Source: an uncultured Candidatus Saccharibacteria bacterium (GTDB lineage Bacteria; Patescibacteriota; Minisyncoccia; Phycocordibacterales; WO2-35-19). Taken from it: a stretch of DNA of 64,000 bases. The notes under the pieces were generated by a model that saw only the letters and a list, made by a program, of their open reading frames with translations, was not told where the DNA came from and did no database searches. Both the position numbers and the translations under genes were made by a program. The DNA lies in assembly GCA_964589445.1 (NCBI GenBank), contig CAZPQX010000001.1, positions 28,600 through 92,599 on the forward strand, given 5' to 3'. Position 1 is the stretch's first letter, and each line of letters starts with the position of its first letter. This document shows, one piece after another, positions 21,001 through 28,947 of the stretch.

Positions 21001-22771
21001 AAACTCTCGAATCAGTGTTTGAATTCACGAGAGCTACGACTGAAGATGAGGCATTATTAATTCGAGTGTCGGTATTGGAATTAACTGCAGAAGTAATAGA
21101 TGACGTCTGGGTATTCGTGTTTGCATTGATATTTGCAGCGAGAGATGTCGAAGCTGTTAGGATGGCAGCATTGGTATTTGAGTTAACTGTATTTTGTGAG
21201 TTTGTGACTGCCGCTCCAAGCGAAGTTGATGCACTCAAGACCTGAGAGTTGGTGTTGGAATTTATGTTTGCTTGAGAAGCAGTGATAGCCGCTGCAATAG
21301 AGGTTGAGGCATTGTTTGTGTTTGCGTTCACAGCCGATGTGATACCCGAGGTTTTGGAATCTGTATTTGAATTAATCTCAGATACAATTGAAGATGAAGC
21401 TGTTTGAATATTTGAAAGGGTCGCAAGTGAGCCTGTATCGAGGTTTGCATCTGTCAAACGGCGTGTTGCTGCACCCCATACACCAGTTGCAGTATCCGAT
21501 ACGAGTGTACCAAATGATGTGAGTGTACGACTTCCAGAGCTCCAGACGCTAGCTGGTATGCCGGTGATGCTTGAGAGGAGTTGGGATACGATAGATGACG
21601 AAGCGGTGTTGATGAGGGCTCCAAGAGAAGTCGATGCAGTCAAAACTCTTGAGTCAGTATTAGCATTCACAGCAACCTGTGAGTTTGTGACAGCAGCTCC
21701 AAGAGAGGTTGAGGCGCTCAAGACTTGGGAGTTTGTATTTGAGTTTATGTTTGTTTGAGAAGCAGTGATAGCGGCCGCGATACTAGAGGAAGCACTGTTT
21801 GTGTTTGCATTTACAGCACTTGTGACACCGGAAGTCTGAGTGTTTGTGTTTGCGTTGATATTTGCAGCGACAGATGTAGAAGCGGCTAATATAGCAGCGT
21901 CAGTGTTTGAGTTGACAGCAGAGGTGATGCCGGATGTTTGAGTGTTTGTATTGCTATTGATTTGCGAAGTGATGGATGATGACGCTGTTTGAAGATTTGA
22001 GAGAGTTGCGAGAGAGCCCGAGTCGAGATTTGCGTCGGTGAGGCGGCGGGTGGCGGCAGACCATACACCAGTTGCTGTATCGGATACCAATGTACCAAAT
22101 GATGTGAGACTTCGGCTTCCATAACTCCATATATCAGCCACTAAAGTACCGAAAGATGTAAGTGTCCTACCAGAAAAACCCCAAATTGTTGCTGGGAGGG
22201 TTGAAAATAAAGAAGATGAGGCAGTTTGAATTTGCAAATCAGTGTTGGCATTCACGGCACTTGTGATGCCTGAAGTTTCGCTGTCTGTATTGCTATTTAC
22301 CTGTGAGACTACAGATGATGATGCAACCTGAATCAATGAACCGAGTGAAGAAGAAGCGGTTTGCACATCTGAAAGTGAGGCCACTTGGCTTTCAAGAATA
22401 AAACTCTTGTTTTGTTTTATAAGATCAACCCCCGGAGTACCACAAGCTATTTCAGCTGGCCAAGTACCAAGGGTTGAAGAACCAGCAAAGTTGTAATAAT
22501 GCCATCCATTGGACTCCTCGCTCATCGTTACAGCATTAGCAAACTGTATGTTGTTAGGGCTCCATATGCTTATAGTACAGTCAGTAGTTGATGGTGTGTA
22601 ATCGTCGTTGTAAAGAAATTCCCCTATCTGAAATGCTGTGTCTTTAGGATACCTCGCTATAGCCAGAGCCAAAAGTGGAGTAAACAAAAAAATATTTACA
22701 AACAATATACTTAATATTGTCTTTTGAACTAAAAATTTTTTTATTTTTTCTTTATTCACAAAATTAATCAC
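18044..22771 (-). CDS. 1575-aa secreted Ser/Thr/Ala/Asn-rich repetitive protein with C-terminal dockerin
   Basis: Signal peptide; about 1100 aa of NxNT...ASSS/ASTS and WS..RTLTSFGTLV repeats; Ig-like domains; Gly linker; twin EF-hand repeats DFNADRKVNSVDFSIL / DINKDNKVNSVDFSIM. Confidence 0.8.
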   Translation of the reverse strand: MINFVNKEKIKKFLVQKTILSILFVNIFLFTPLLALAIARYPKDTAFQIGEFLYNDDYTPSTTDCTISIWSPNNIQFANAVTMSEESNGWHYYNFAGSSTLGTWPAEIACGTPGVDLIKQNKSFILESQVASLSDVQTASSSLGSLIQVASSSVVSQVNSNTDSETSGITSAVNANTDLQIQTASSSLFSTLPATIWGFSGRTLTSFGTLVADIWSYGSRSLTSFGTLVSDTATGVWSAATRRLTDANLDSGSLATLSNLQTASSSITSQINSNTNTQTSGITSAVNSNTDAAILAASTSVAANINANTNTQTSGVTSAVNANTNSASSSIAAAITASQTNINSNTNSQVLSASTSLGAAVTNSQVAVNANTDSRVLTASTSLGALINTASSSIVSQLLSSITGIPASVWSSGSRTLTSFGTLVSDTATGVWGAATRRLTDANLDTGSLATLSNIQTASSSIVSEINSNTDSKTSGITSAVNANTNNASTSIAAAITASQANINSNTNSQVLSASTSLGAAVTNSQNTVNSNTNAAILTASTSLAANINANTNTQTSSITSAVNSNTDTRINNASSSVVALVNSNTDSRVLTASTSLGALINTASSSIVSQVLGSITSIPANVWSYGGRTLDSFGTLVADIWSYGTRTITSGGSLTAADVWSYATRRLSDATLDSGSLATLSNLQTASSSITSQINSNTNTQTSGITSAVNSNTDAAILAASTSVAANINANTNTQTSGVTSAVNANTNSASSSIAAAITASQTNINSNTNSQVLSASTSLGAAVTNSQVAVNANTDSRVLTASTSLAAFMNTASSSIVSQLLSSITGIPANVWSSGSRTLTSFGTLVSDTATGVWSAATRRLTDANLDSGSLATLGNLQTASSSITSQVNSNTNSAILTASTSLAANINANTNAQTSGITSAVNANTDTRISNASSSVVALVNSNTNSAVLTASTSIAAAVSNSETSINNNTNTRVNNASTSVVDIVNANTDSRVLSASTSIGALINTASSSIVSQVLGSITSIPANVWSYGGRTLDSFGTLVADVWSYGTRTITSGGSITAADVWSYATRRLTDANLDSGSLATLGNLQTASSSIVSEINANTDSETSGITSAVNANTNTASTSIAAAITSAQANINSNTNSQVLSASTSLGAAVTNSQNAVNSNTNSAVLTASTSLAANINANTNAQTSGITSAVNANTDSKVLSASTSIAAVINTASSSIVSQLLSSITGIPASVWSSGSRTLTSFGTLVTDVWNASTRTLTSLTLSSQSPWTVTTSDFGTISAGSNYLATVTTIYDGTLTDSLSTPTVTIYDPSRNVVVNNVAMTRTGVGTYTYSYTTANDAAAGTWESVFSATVESGKTLPGNDYWTVTSNPPQVIIRGISDNTVPVVAADVTITNEGSNGAEYQYEWCVVSNVNNTCGGGDDVFYSLAAKFINPGEDFDTTLSADVPSTGDYFFKVKVYYGIESSSASRSFSAVAGSGGSNGGGSGGGGGGSGGGSVATPIIPTISPNACNGSDFNADRKVNSVDFSILLSFWQTLQPFKNPCVDINKDNKVNSVDFSIMLYEWGSKK
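20523..22027. repeat. 233-bp identical intragenic direct repeat (20523-20755 and 21795-22027)
   Basis: Read directly; offset 1272 bp (424 codons). Confidence 0.85.
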
Positions 22772-22943
22772 TCATTACAAAAATGTTACTTCCACCGACT
22801 ACTGCAGGGATTTCTGAACAAAGTAATACTCCATTTGATTGTAATAATGCATCGTTAGGTACATAACCAGAATTTCCAGCAGGAATTTCTAGTACAAAAT
22901 CTTGTCTATCACCAGATTGTGCCAAAATATCGTTAATTGCCAT
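22764..22943 (-). CDS. 59-aa microprotein absent from the ORF track (MAINDILAQSGDRQDFVLEIPAGNSGYVPNDALLQSNGVLLCSEIPAVVGGSNIFVMSD)
   Basis: Fills the operon gap exactly (4 nt after the upstream stop, overlapping the next start); internal duplication ND.L.QS...EIPA. Confidence 0.7.
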   Translation of the reverse strand: MAINDILAQSGDRQDFVLEIPAGNSGYVPNDALLQSNGVLLCSEIPAVVGGSNIFVMSD

Positions 22944-22947
22944 AAAT

Positions 22948-23634
22948 TTACAGACCTAATTTATTTGAAATTTTCTTTTTAACTAATTTTTTTGCAAAAG
23001 CTACAACTTCAGCTGTTGTTGTAGCTGCGGATTCATCTAGTATCTCTGGCTTTTCAGTAATTACATCATCTATATTTGTGGTATCTGATGATGTAGCATT
23101 GTTGTTTTTATTTTCTTCAGGAGTAGAAATGTTTGGGAAAATTGCTTCTGGTGTTGTAGTAGGAACCTCAAGAGAAGGGTTTGACTCTTCAATTGTTGTT
23201 GGTGTGGTTGTAGATATGTTTGATGGTGGAGCAATAATTGGTGGAGTAGTTGTAGCTGATTCGGCCACTTCCGAAGTTTCAGTATTTTCAGTAACCTCAG
23301 TTTCTTCTACTTGTTCTGTGGAAGGAGTGTCACCTGATTCTTGTGGTACGATATCCTCAACCACCTTATCGACAGCAACCTGTTTGCTGTCTTTTCCAAA
23401 AAGACTATCAGGGTCTAACTTCATGACTTCAGCAAGTAATTCATCTGGATTAGAAATAGAATACACCATACCTCCATATGCAATAAACTTTGCTTCATAT
23501 CTGACCAGTGGTTCATTCGGCATCGCAGCAGATGCGCAAATAATAGAATCTCCATCGTTGTAATAACCAGTTTGATCATAAACGACCATCGATGGGTTGT
23601 CTGTAAGCTTTTGTCCTTTTGTTAAATAGATCAT
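22948..23634 (-). CDS. Hypothetical protein with acidic Thr/Pro-rich disordered C-terminal half
   Basis: 228-aa ORF in the operon; no signal peptide seen. Confidence 0.7.
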   Translation of the reverse strand: MIYLTKGQKLTDNPSMVVYDQTGYYNDGDSIICASAAMPNEPLVRYEAKFIAYGGMVYSISNPDELLAEVMKLDPDSLFGKDSKQVAVDKVVEDIVPQESGDTPSTEQVEETEVTENTETSEVAESATTTPPIIAPPSNISTTTPTTIEESNPSLEVPTTTPEAIFPNISTPEENKNNNATSSDTTNIDDVITEKPEILDESAATTTAEVVAFAKKLVKKKISNKLGL

Positions 23635-23679
23635 ACTCTTTTGTTTAAAATTATATCATGAATTATTATTTACATAATA

Positions 23680-26517
23680 TTACTGTGTTAACACTGCTCT
23701 TACCTTAATATTATCTCCGAGTGAAGCTGGGGTATAACGAATATAAGTTGTTTCGTTTCCTTTATCTGTCGTATTATAACTTCCCCAAGCTCCCCCAGTG
23801 TTTGTTGATTTTTGCCAAGTACCACTATTGGTAGAAGTGGTGTAATCATCTACAAGCAAATCACCATTTACTGCATTGTATAATCTCACACGTAAAGTTG
23901 GCACCGTTCCCCCAAAAGCGGTAGCGAAGCGCCAGACAAATTGTTTATTTACCGGACTCGATAATCCAACAGATGGTTGGTAGTGTGAGTCGGTAGTGAC
24001 AGCTGTGTCGTCATACACCAGAGTAATACTCATGATACGAGCAGGTATACAAAACGTACCAATTGTCGCAAACTCAAACATAAACTGAATTCTTGGTGCA
24101 CCAGAAATACCGGTTAGATCGCCCCCATAATTGATAAGAGTCCATTCACCCGTATTATCATCAATACCACTTATTCTAAAATATATATAGAAAGGCTCTG
24201 TGTTGAGCGAAAACTCACCACTACCAAGGGCGTCATCATGAGAAATAAACACACTTCTAAACTGAGTACAGTTTGGGGTATATAGAGCTGGAGTAATAAC
24301 TCTTTGATTTGAGGAAGATGCATACGTAGAGTGAGCAGAGAGAGGGAGTGAATAGAGTTGGGAAAGAGCTGTTGTTGTACCATGCTTTACGATATGTGCG
24401 ATACCATTTTCGCTCCAGATAGAAGTGACTTGAGAGGCAGTGTTGAAATGAGGGATGGTATAGCTGTTCCAATCAATGACATATGCAGAGCCGGCACCAA
24501 TAGTTCCAGCATTTGATGAAAGTGTGATAGCGGTGGCAGAAGTGAAAGCAGAAATTGTGTACCAAGTAGAAATGGCAGTTGGATCAGTAGAACCAAAACC
24601 GATACGATATCCAACCATAGCTGCGACAAAAAATGTGTTGGTGCCAGTGACCGCGGTACCAGACACAGCCACTGTTCCCGAAGAAATATAAGCATTTCCC
24701 AAAGATGATGCTTGATCTTGCTGTTTATCATCAACCCCCCAAATGTGATCAAAAGCATCTCCAGCAGATGTAGGATATTTTGTAACATAGTGTCTTACAC
24801 CAGTAGCACCAGTAGTAGTAACAATCAATCTATCCATAGCATCTGCAATCTCGACACTGCTCAATAACGAAGTTGCGGGAAATGTACTCGCTGATCCTGG
24901 AGGAATTTCTGGTCGGTTATCAGAGATCCATCCCAGATTCCCAGCAAATATCTTATCAAGCCACGCGCGATAAATACGAGTAGTGGTGACAAAATACAGA
25001 GAGTGCTCCCCTGATCCTGGGCCGTGATTCAAAGTGCCACATCGCCCATTATTTACCCCTGACAAAGTACCTGTGACAAGTTGAGGAGCTGTTGAGACGA
25101 CGTCTGCTGAATCGATAATATAAACAGCACCCGGAGCAATAGTTCCAGCGGATGATGAAAGTGTGATAGCGGTGGCAGAAGTGAAAGCAGAAATTGTGTA
25201 CCAGGTAGTGACCGTGGCAGGACTCGTAGTATTAAAACCAATTTTCATCCCCACCATACTCGAGGTGAATGTTGTGCCAGTGCCAGTCACAGCAGTGCCA
25301 GCCACTTCGACAGTTCCTGTAGTGTAGTAGGCAATGGACATGGTCATCTTGCCAGAGGCGATAGCGCCAGTTGCTCGCAGATTGTAGCGATAGACACGGG
25401 CAAAAGTCGAACCAAATCCATCAAGCACATATGCATAATGAAGGCCCTTGGTCACCTCATCGGCAATGGTCAATCCACATGCTGCTTGGTTGGTGACGAC
25501 GTTGCCAGGAGTACCAGCGTCAGAGAGCCAGTATGTGGCTTTGATATTATCAGTAGTAGTTGCGACGGGAATAGTCGTACCAGTTGGTAAAAAATCAGCG
25601 TAGTTAACTCCTTTCACAAGATGTAGTCCACCATTCGCGACTGTGGCATTGGTAGAAGTGATGGCAAATCGTAATTCCTCGATCACATATGCCGTGCCAG
25701 CAGCAAGAGTGCCTGCACTACTTGCAAGTGTAATACCCGTCTCACTACCAATTGCAGATATGACATACCAGCTCACGATAGCGGTTGGGTCAGTGGAGCC
25801 AAAACCAATACGTGCTCCGACAGCAATGCCTTCATCAAGCCATTTTGTGCCATTGCCAGTCACTGCAGTAGCAGAAACCTCGACAGTGCCAGTCGTATGT
25901 AAATACCTCAGAGACCTAAACCCACGCAAAGTGTGAGCGGCGGCTGAAGTAAGGAGAGTTGCCACAATAAATCCCTTCCATGTATACACGGAAGTGGTTT
26001 TATTGTATTCATAGAGACAAATTTTTCTTGGAGCAACAGAAGTGGCTAAGTTTTCAATCATAAATACCCAGTCAACAGTCGAGCTGTAGGTAATCGCGTG
26101 AGGATACATCATTGGGGTGTTATAAACGACAACATATGGTGTACCGGCAGCGATGGTTCCAGCGGATGAGCCCAAGGTGATACCAGTAGTCGAGGCTCTG
26201 GCACTAATCGCATACCAAGCTGTCACTTTGGCTGGATCAGTCGAACCAAAACCTATCGACATACCAATCATTGAGGTTTGGAAATTTGTAAGGTTTCCAG
26301 TAACCGCTGTGCCAGAGACAGTAACGGTCCCTACATTATCAACCACTTCCTGCATTGGTAGAGCTGTAGCGACAGGCAGAGGTCCGACATATTTATCGGT
26401 CACTGCGGTACCAGTTTTTTGTACGATAAGTGTTCCCAAATTTGTCTTAGTTGCATCATACGAGCTAATTGGTGTCGTACTTCCCGTGAATTTATGTTTT
26501 ACAGCGCGGTATGGCAT
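23680..26517 (-). CDS. Large beta-rich protein, paralog 1 (four GTVxVSGTAVTG...IGFGSTDP...WY modules)
   Basis: 945 aa, no signal peptide, homologous at both ends to the two upstream genes. Confidence 0.8.
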   Translation of the reverse strand: MPYRAVKHKFTGSTTPISSYDATKTNLGTLIVQKTGTAVTDKYVGPLPVATALPMQEVVDNVGTVTVSGTAVTGNLTNFQTSMIGMSIGFGSTDPAKVTAWYAISARASTTGITLGSSAGTIAAGTPYVVVYNTPMMYPHAITYSSTVDWVFMIENLATSVAPRKICLYEYNKTTSVYTWKGFIVATLLTSAAAHTLRGFRSLRYLHTTGTVEVSATAVTGNGTKWLDEGIAVGARIGFGSTDPTAIVSWYVISAIGSETGITLASSAGTLAAGTAYVIEELRFAITSTNATVANGGLHLVKGVNYADFLPTGTTIPVATTTDNIKATYWLSDAGTPGNVVTNQAACGLTIADEVTKGLHYAYVLDGFGSTFARVYRYNLRATGAIASGKMTMSIAYYTTGTVEVAGTAVTGTGTTFTSSMVGMKIGFNTTSPATVTTWYTISAFTSATAITLSSSAGTIAPGAVYIIDSADVVSTAPQLVTGTLSGVNNGRCGTLNHGPGSGEHSLYFVTTTRIYRAWLDKIFAGNLGWISDNRPEIPPGSASTFPATSLLSSVEIADAMDRLIVTTTGATGVRHYVTKYPTSAGDAFDHIWGVDDKQQDQASSLGNAYISSGTVAVSGTAVTGTNTFFVAAMVGYRIGFGSTDPTAISTWYTISAFTSATAITLSSNAGTIGAGSAYVIDWNSYTIPHFNTASQVTSIWSENGIAHIVKHGTTTALSQLYSLPLSAHSTYASSSNQRVITPALYTPNCTQFRSVFISHDDALGSGEFSLNTEPFYIYFRISGIDDNTGEWTLINYGGDLTGISGAPRIQFMFEFATIGTFCIPARIMSITLVYDDTAVTTDSHYQPSVGLSSPVNKQFVWRFATAFGGTVPTLRVRLYNAVNGDLLVDDYTTSTNSGTWQKSTNTGGAWGSYNTTDKGNETTYIRYTPASLGDNIKVRAVLTQ

Positions 26518-26520
26518 GGA

Positions 26521-28947
26521 TTAATTTTGAGTTAAGAGTGCCCTGACACTAATATTACCGAGTGGCGATGTGGGGATATAGCGAATATAGGTGATTTCGT
26601 TTGTTTTGTCAGTATCGTTATACCCTACCCAATTATTTCCCCCATCGATTGATTTTGTCCAAGCACCATTTGTTGGACTGACCGTGGTATCAGTAAAAAT
26701 AGACACATTGGTAGCGGCGTTAAATAATTCGACTTTAAGTGTCGGCACTACCCCACCGAAAGGCTGAGTAAATCTCCAAACAAAGTGCTCACTTGCAATA
26801 CTCGATAACCCAGTAGAGAGTTGGTAATGTGAATCAGTTGACCCATCTTCGTATGTGACGACCACTTTCATGATGCGTGACGGCAAGCAGATTGCACCTA
26901 TCGTAAAAAACTCAAACATAAATTGAATCGCACTTGCTGCAGTCACTCCAGATAAATCACCAGCGTCATCGACTAGTACCCATGAACTCGTAGCGTCATC
27001 TCCAATATTGGCCGTGCGATAATATACCCTAAATGTCTCAGGGGGCAATATCAAAGGGTTGGCTCCAATATAATGGTTATCGCAAATCAGCACTTGATCA
27101 AATTTTACACAACCAGTTGTATCAATTGATGGAGTGATAATTCTCTGACTCGCAGATGAGGCGTATGTCAAGTGAGCCCCAAACGGCAATGAGTACATCT
27201 GATTTAATAGAGCAGTTGCACCCATCCTCACAATATGGACGACACCGTTACTTGCAGCACATGATAATAGTTGGGCCCCGGTGTTAAAGTGGATTGGTGC
27301 TCTCGGATCGGCGATTGATTGATCTTGTTGCTTATCATCGATACCAAAGATGTGATCAAATGGGGTTGTATCTGTCGAAGGATATCTGGTGACATAATTA
27401 CGAAGCGAGGTGCTAGCAGTAAAGTTGGTAATAACAAAACGATCAATGGAGCTAATATAGGTCATGTTGGTCATGGTGGCAGTGGCTGGGAAAGTAGCGA
27501 CGCCACCAGGGGGGATCTCTTGTCGAGCATTAGCCGCTGTCGCAAAAGGTGTGGCGGCAGCAGTGATAGCGCTAACCGCCGCACAATAGAGACGGGTGGT
27601 AGTAACAAAATACAAAGAAGAAGAGCCTGAAAGTGGGCCATGAGCAGTAGTAGCGATTTCCAAATTTTGCGCTGACTGGTTAGGAATCGTACCAGTCAAA
27701 GCTTGTGTACCAGTAATAACGATATTAGCACCAGCAAGTTGCATTTTACCAGAAGCAGTAGTGTTGTTGGAGCACAAATTATATTTGTATATTATTGCGT
27801 TTGATGTGTTTGTACCATTCAAGACATAGGCAAAATGAGTTTGTTTGTTTGTTTCTGCCTCCACAGCAAGACCGTTCGCTGCAGTGTTTGTAACTGCGCC
27901 GGCTCCCGCATCACAGAGCCAATAGACTCCCCTCTGGTCATTCACCGAAGTCGCGATAGAAGGAAATGTGGAGCCTGCAGTCGTGAAGTCGTGGTAGCCA
28001 GCACCTTTGAGTAGGAAGAGGCCGCCGTTTGCGGCGGTGCTGTTTGTGAGGGCAATAGCAAATCTCAACTCCTCGATGACGTAAGAAGTACCTGCAGGGA
28101 TAACACCAGGTGAGGTGGTAAGTCCGATAGAAGTATTGCTATTGATTTGTCCGATATGATACCACTGCGTGATCTGCGTTGGGTCAGTGGAGCCAAAACC
28201 GATGCGGGGACCGAGGCCTCCGGCGACAGCAGTGGCGCCGGTGCCGGCGGCAATACCATCCGTTTGAAATAGTGTATTTGTCCCAGTAACAATACAATCC
28301 GCAATCACAAAAGCAGTACCAGCAGCATAGGCGCTGGAGGCTCCTAAGATGTTCATAGTGGAAGTGGTGGCAAAAGAAATGATTGGATACCAACAATTAA
28401 TTTGAGCTGGGTTAGTACTTCCAAAACCAATCATTTTACCGACATATGTTGCGAGGAATCCTGTTGCAGAGTGAGTGACGAGACCTGCAGTTGACACAGT
28501 CACGGTACCAGTTGAGTACACTGATGATGGAGCAGCTACAGCTACAGTGCCCGTAGTGTGGAGGTAGCGGAGTGCACGGAAGCCACGGTTTACGTTGGTA
28601 CCGTTTGGTGTGGTTGCTGTTATGAATCCTTTCCAGTTGTAGGTAGCGAGACTCTTGTTGTATTCATATAAAAAGATACGTTTCGTGGCACCAGTGCCGT
28701 TTTCAAGAAGAAACACCCAATCAATAGTGGAGCTATATGTGATGGCATGAGGAAATACCATGGCCACACCAGTGGATTCTTCCATAGGTCTCGCTACCGC
28801 TACTGGCAATGGCCCCACAAAATTATCTTCCGGATTGGTACCACTTTTTTGGATCATCAATGTTCCCAAGTTTGTCTTGGTTGAATCGTATGAAGCTATT
28901 GGTGTCGTTGCTCCGTTGAAGATGTGTTCGACTGCGCGTAGTGACAT
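26521..28947 (-). CDS. Large beta-rich protein, paralog 2
   Basis: 808 aa; shares DDKQQDQ, TDSHYQ and NEITYIRY motifs with its neighbours. Confidence 0.8.
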   Translation of the reverse strand: MSLRAVEHIFNGATTPIASYDSTKTNLGTLMIQKSGTNPEDNFVGPLPVAVARPMEESTGVAMVFPHAITYSSTIDWVFLLENGTGATKRIFLYEYNKSLATYNWKGFITATTPNGTNVNRGFRALRYLHTTGTVAVAAPSSVYSTGTVTVSTAGLVTHSATGFLATYVGKMIGFGSTNPAQINCWYPIISFATTSTMNILGASSAYAAGTAFVIADCIVTGTNTLFQTDGIAAGTGATAVAGGLGPRIGFGSTDPTQITQWYHIGQINSNTSIGLTTSPGVIPAGTSYVIEELRFAIALTNSTAANGGLFLLKGAGYHDFTTAGSTFPSIATSVNDQRGVYWLCDAGAGAVTNTAANGLAVEAETNKQTHFAYVLNGTNTSNAIIYKYNLCSNNTTASGKMQLAGANIVITGTQALTGTIPNQSAQNLEIATTAHGPLSGSSSLYFVTTTRLYCAAVSAITAAATPFATAANARQEIPPGGVATFPATATMTNMTYISSIDRFVITNFTASTSLRNYVTRYPSTDTTPFDHIFGIDDKQQDQSIADPRAPIHFNTGAQLLSCAASNGVVHIVRMGATALLNQMYSLPFGAHLTYASSASQRIITPSIDTTGCVKFDQVLICDNHYIGANPLILPPETFRVYYRTANIGDDATSSWVLVDDAGDLSGVTAASAIQFMFEFFTIGAICLPSRIMKVVVTYEDGSTDSHYQLSTGLSSIASEHFVWRFTQPFGGVVPTLKVELFNAATNVSIFTDTTVSPTNGAWTKSIDGGNNWVGYNDTDKTNEITYIRYIPTSPLGNISVRALLTQN

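Noticed and set aside
18900-22400. Periodic repeats considered as a CRISPR array or a second DGR
   Set aside because: They are in-frame coding repeats without unique spacers, no cas genes are present, and the differences are not adenine-specific
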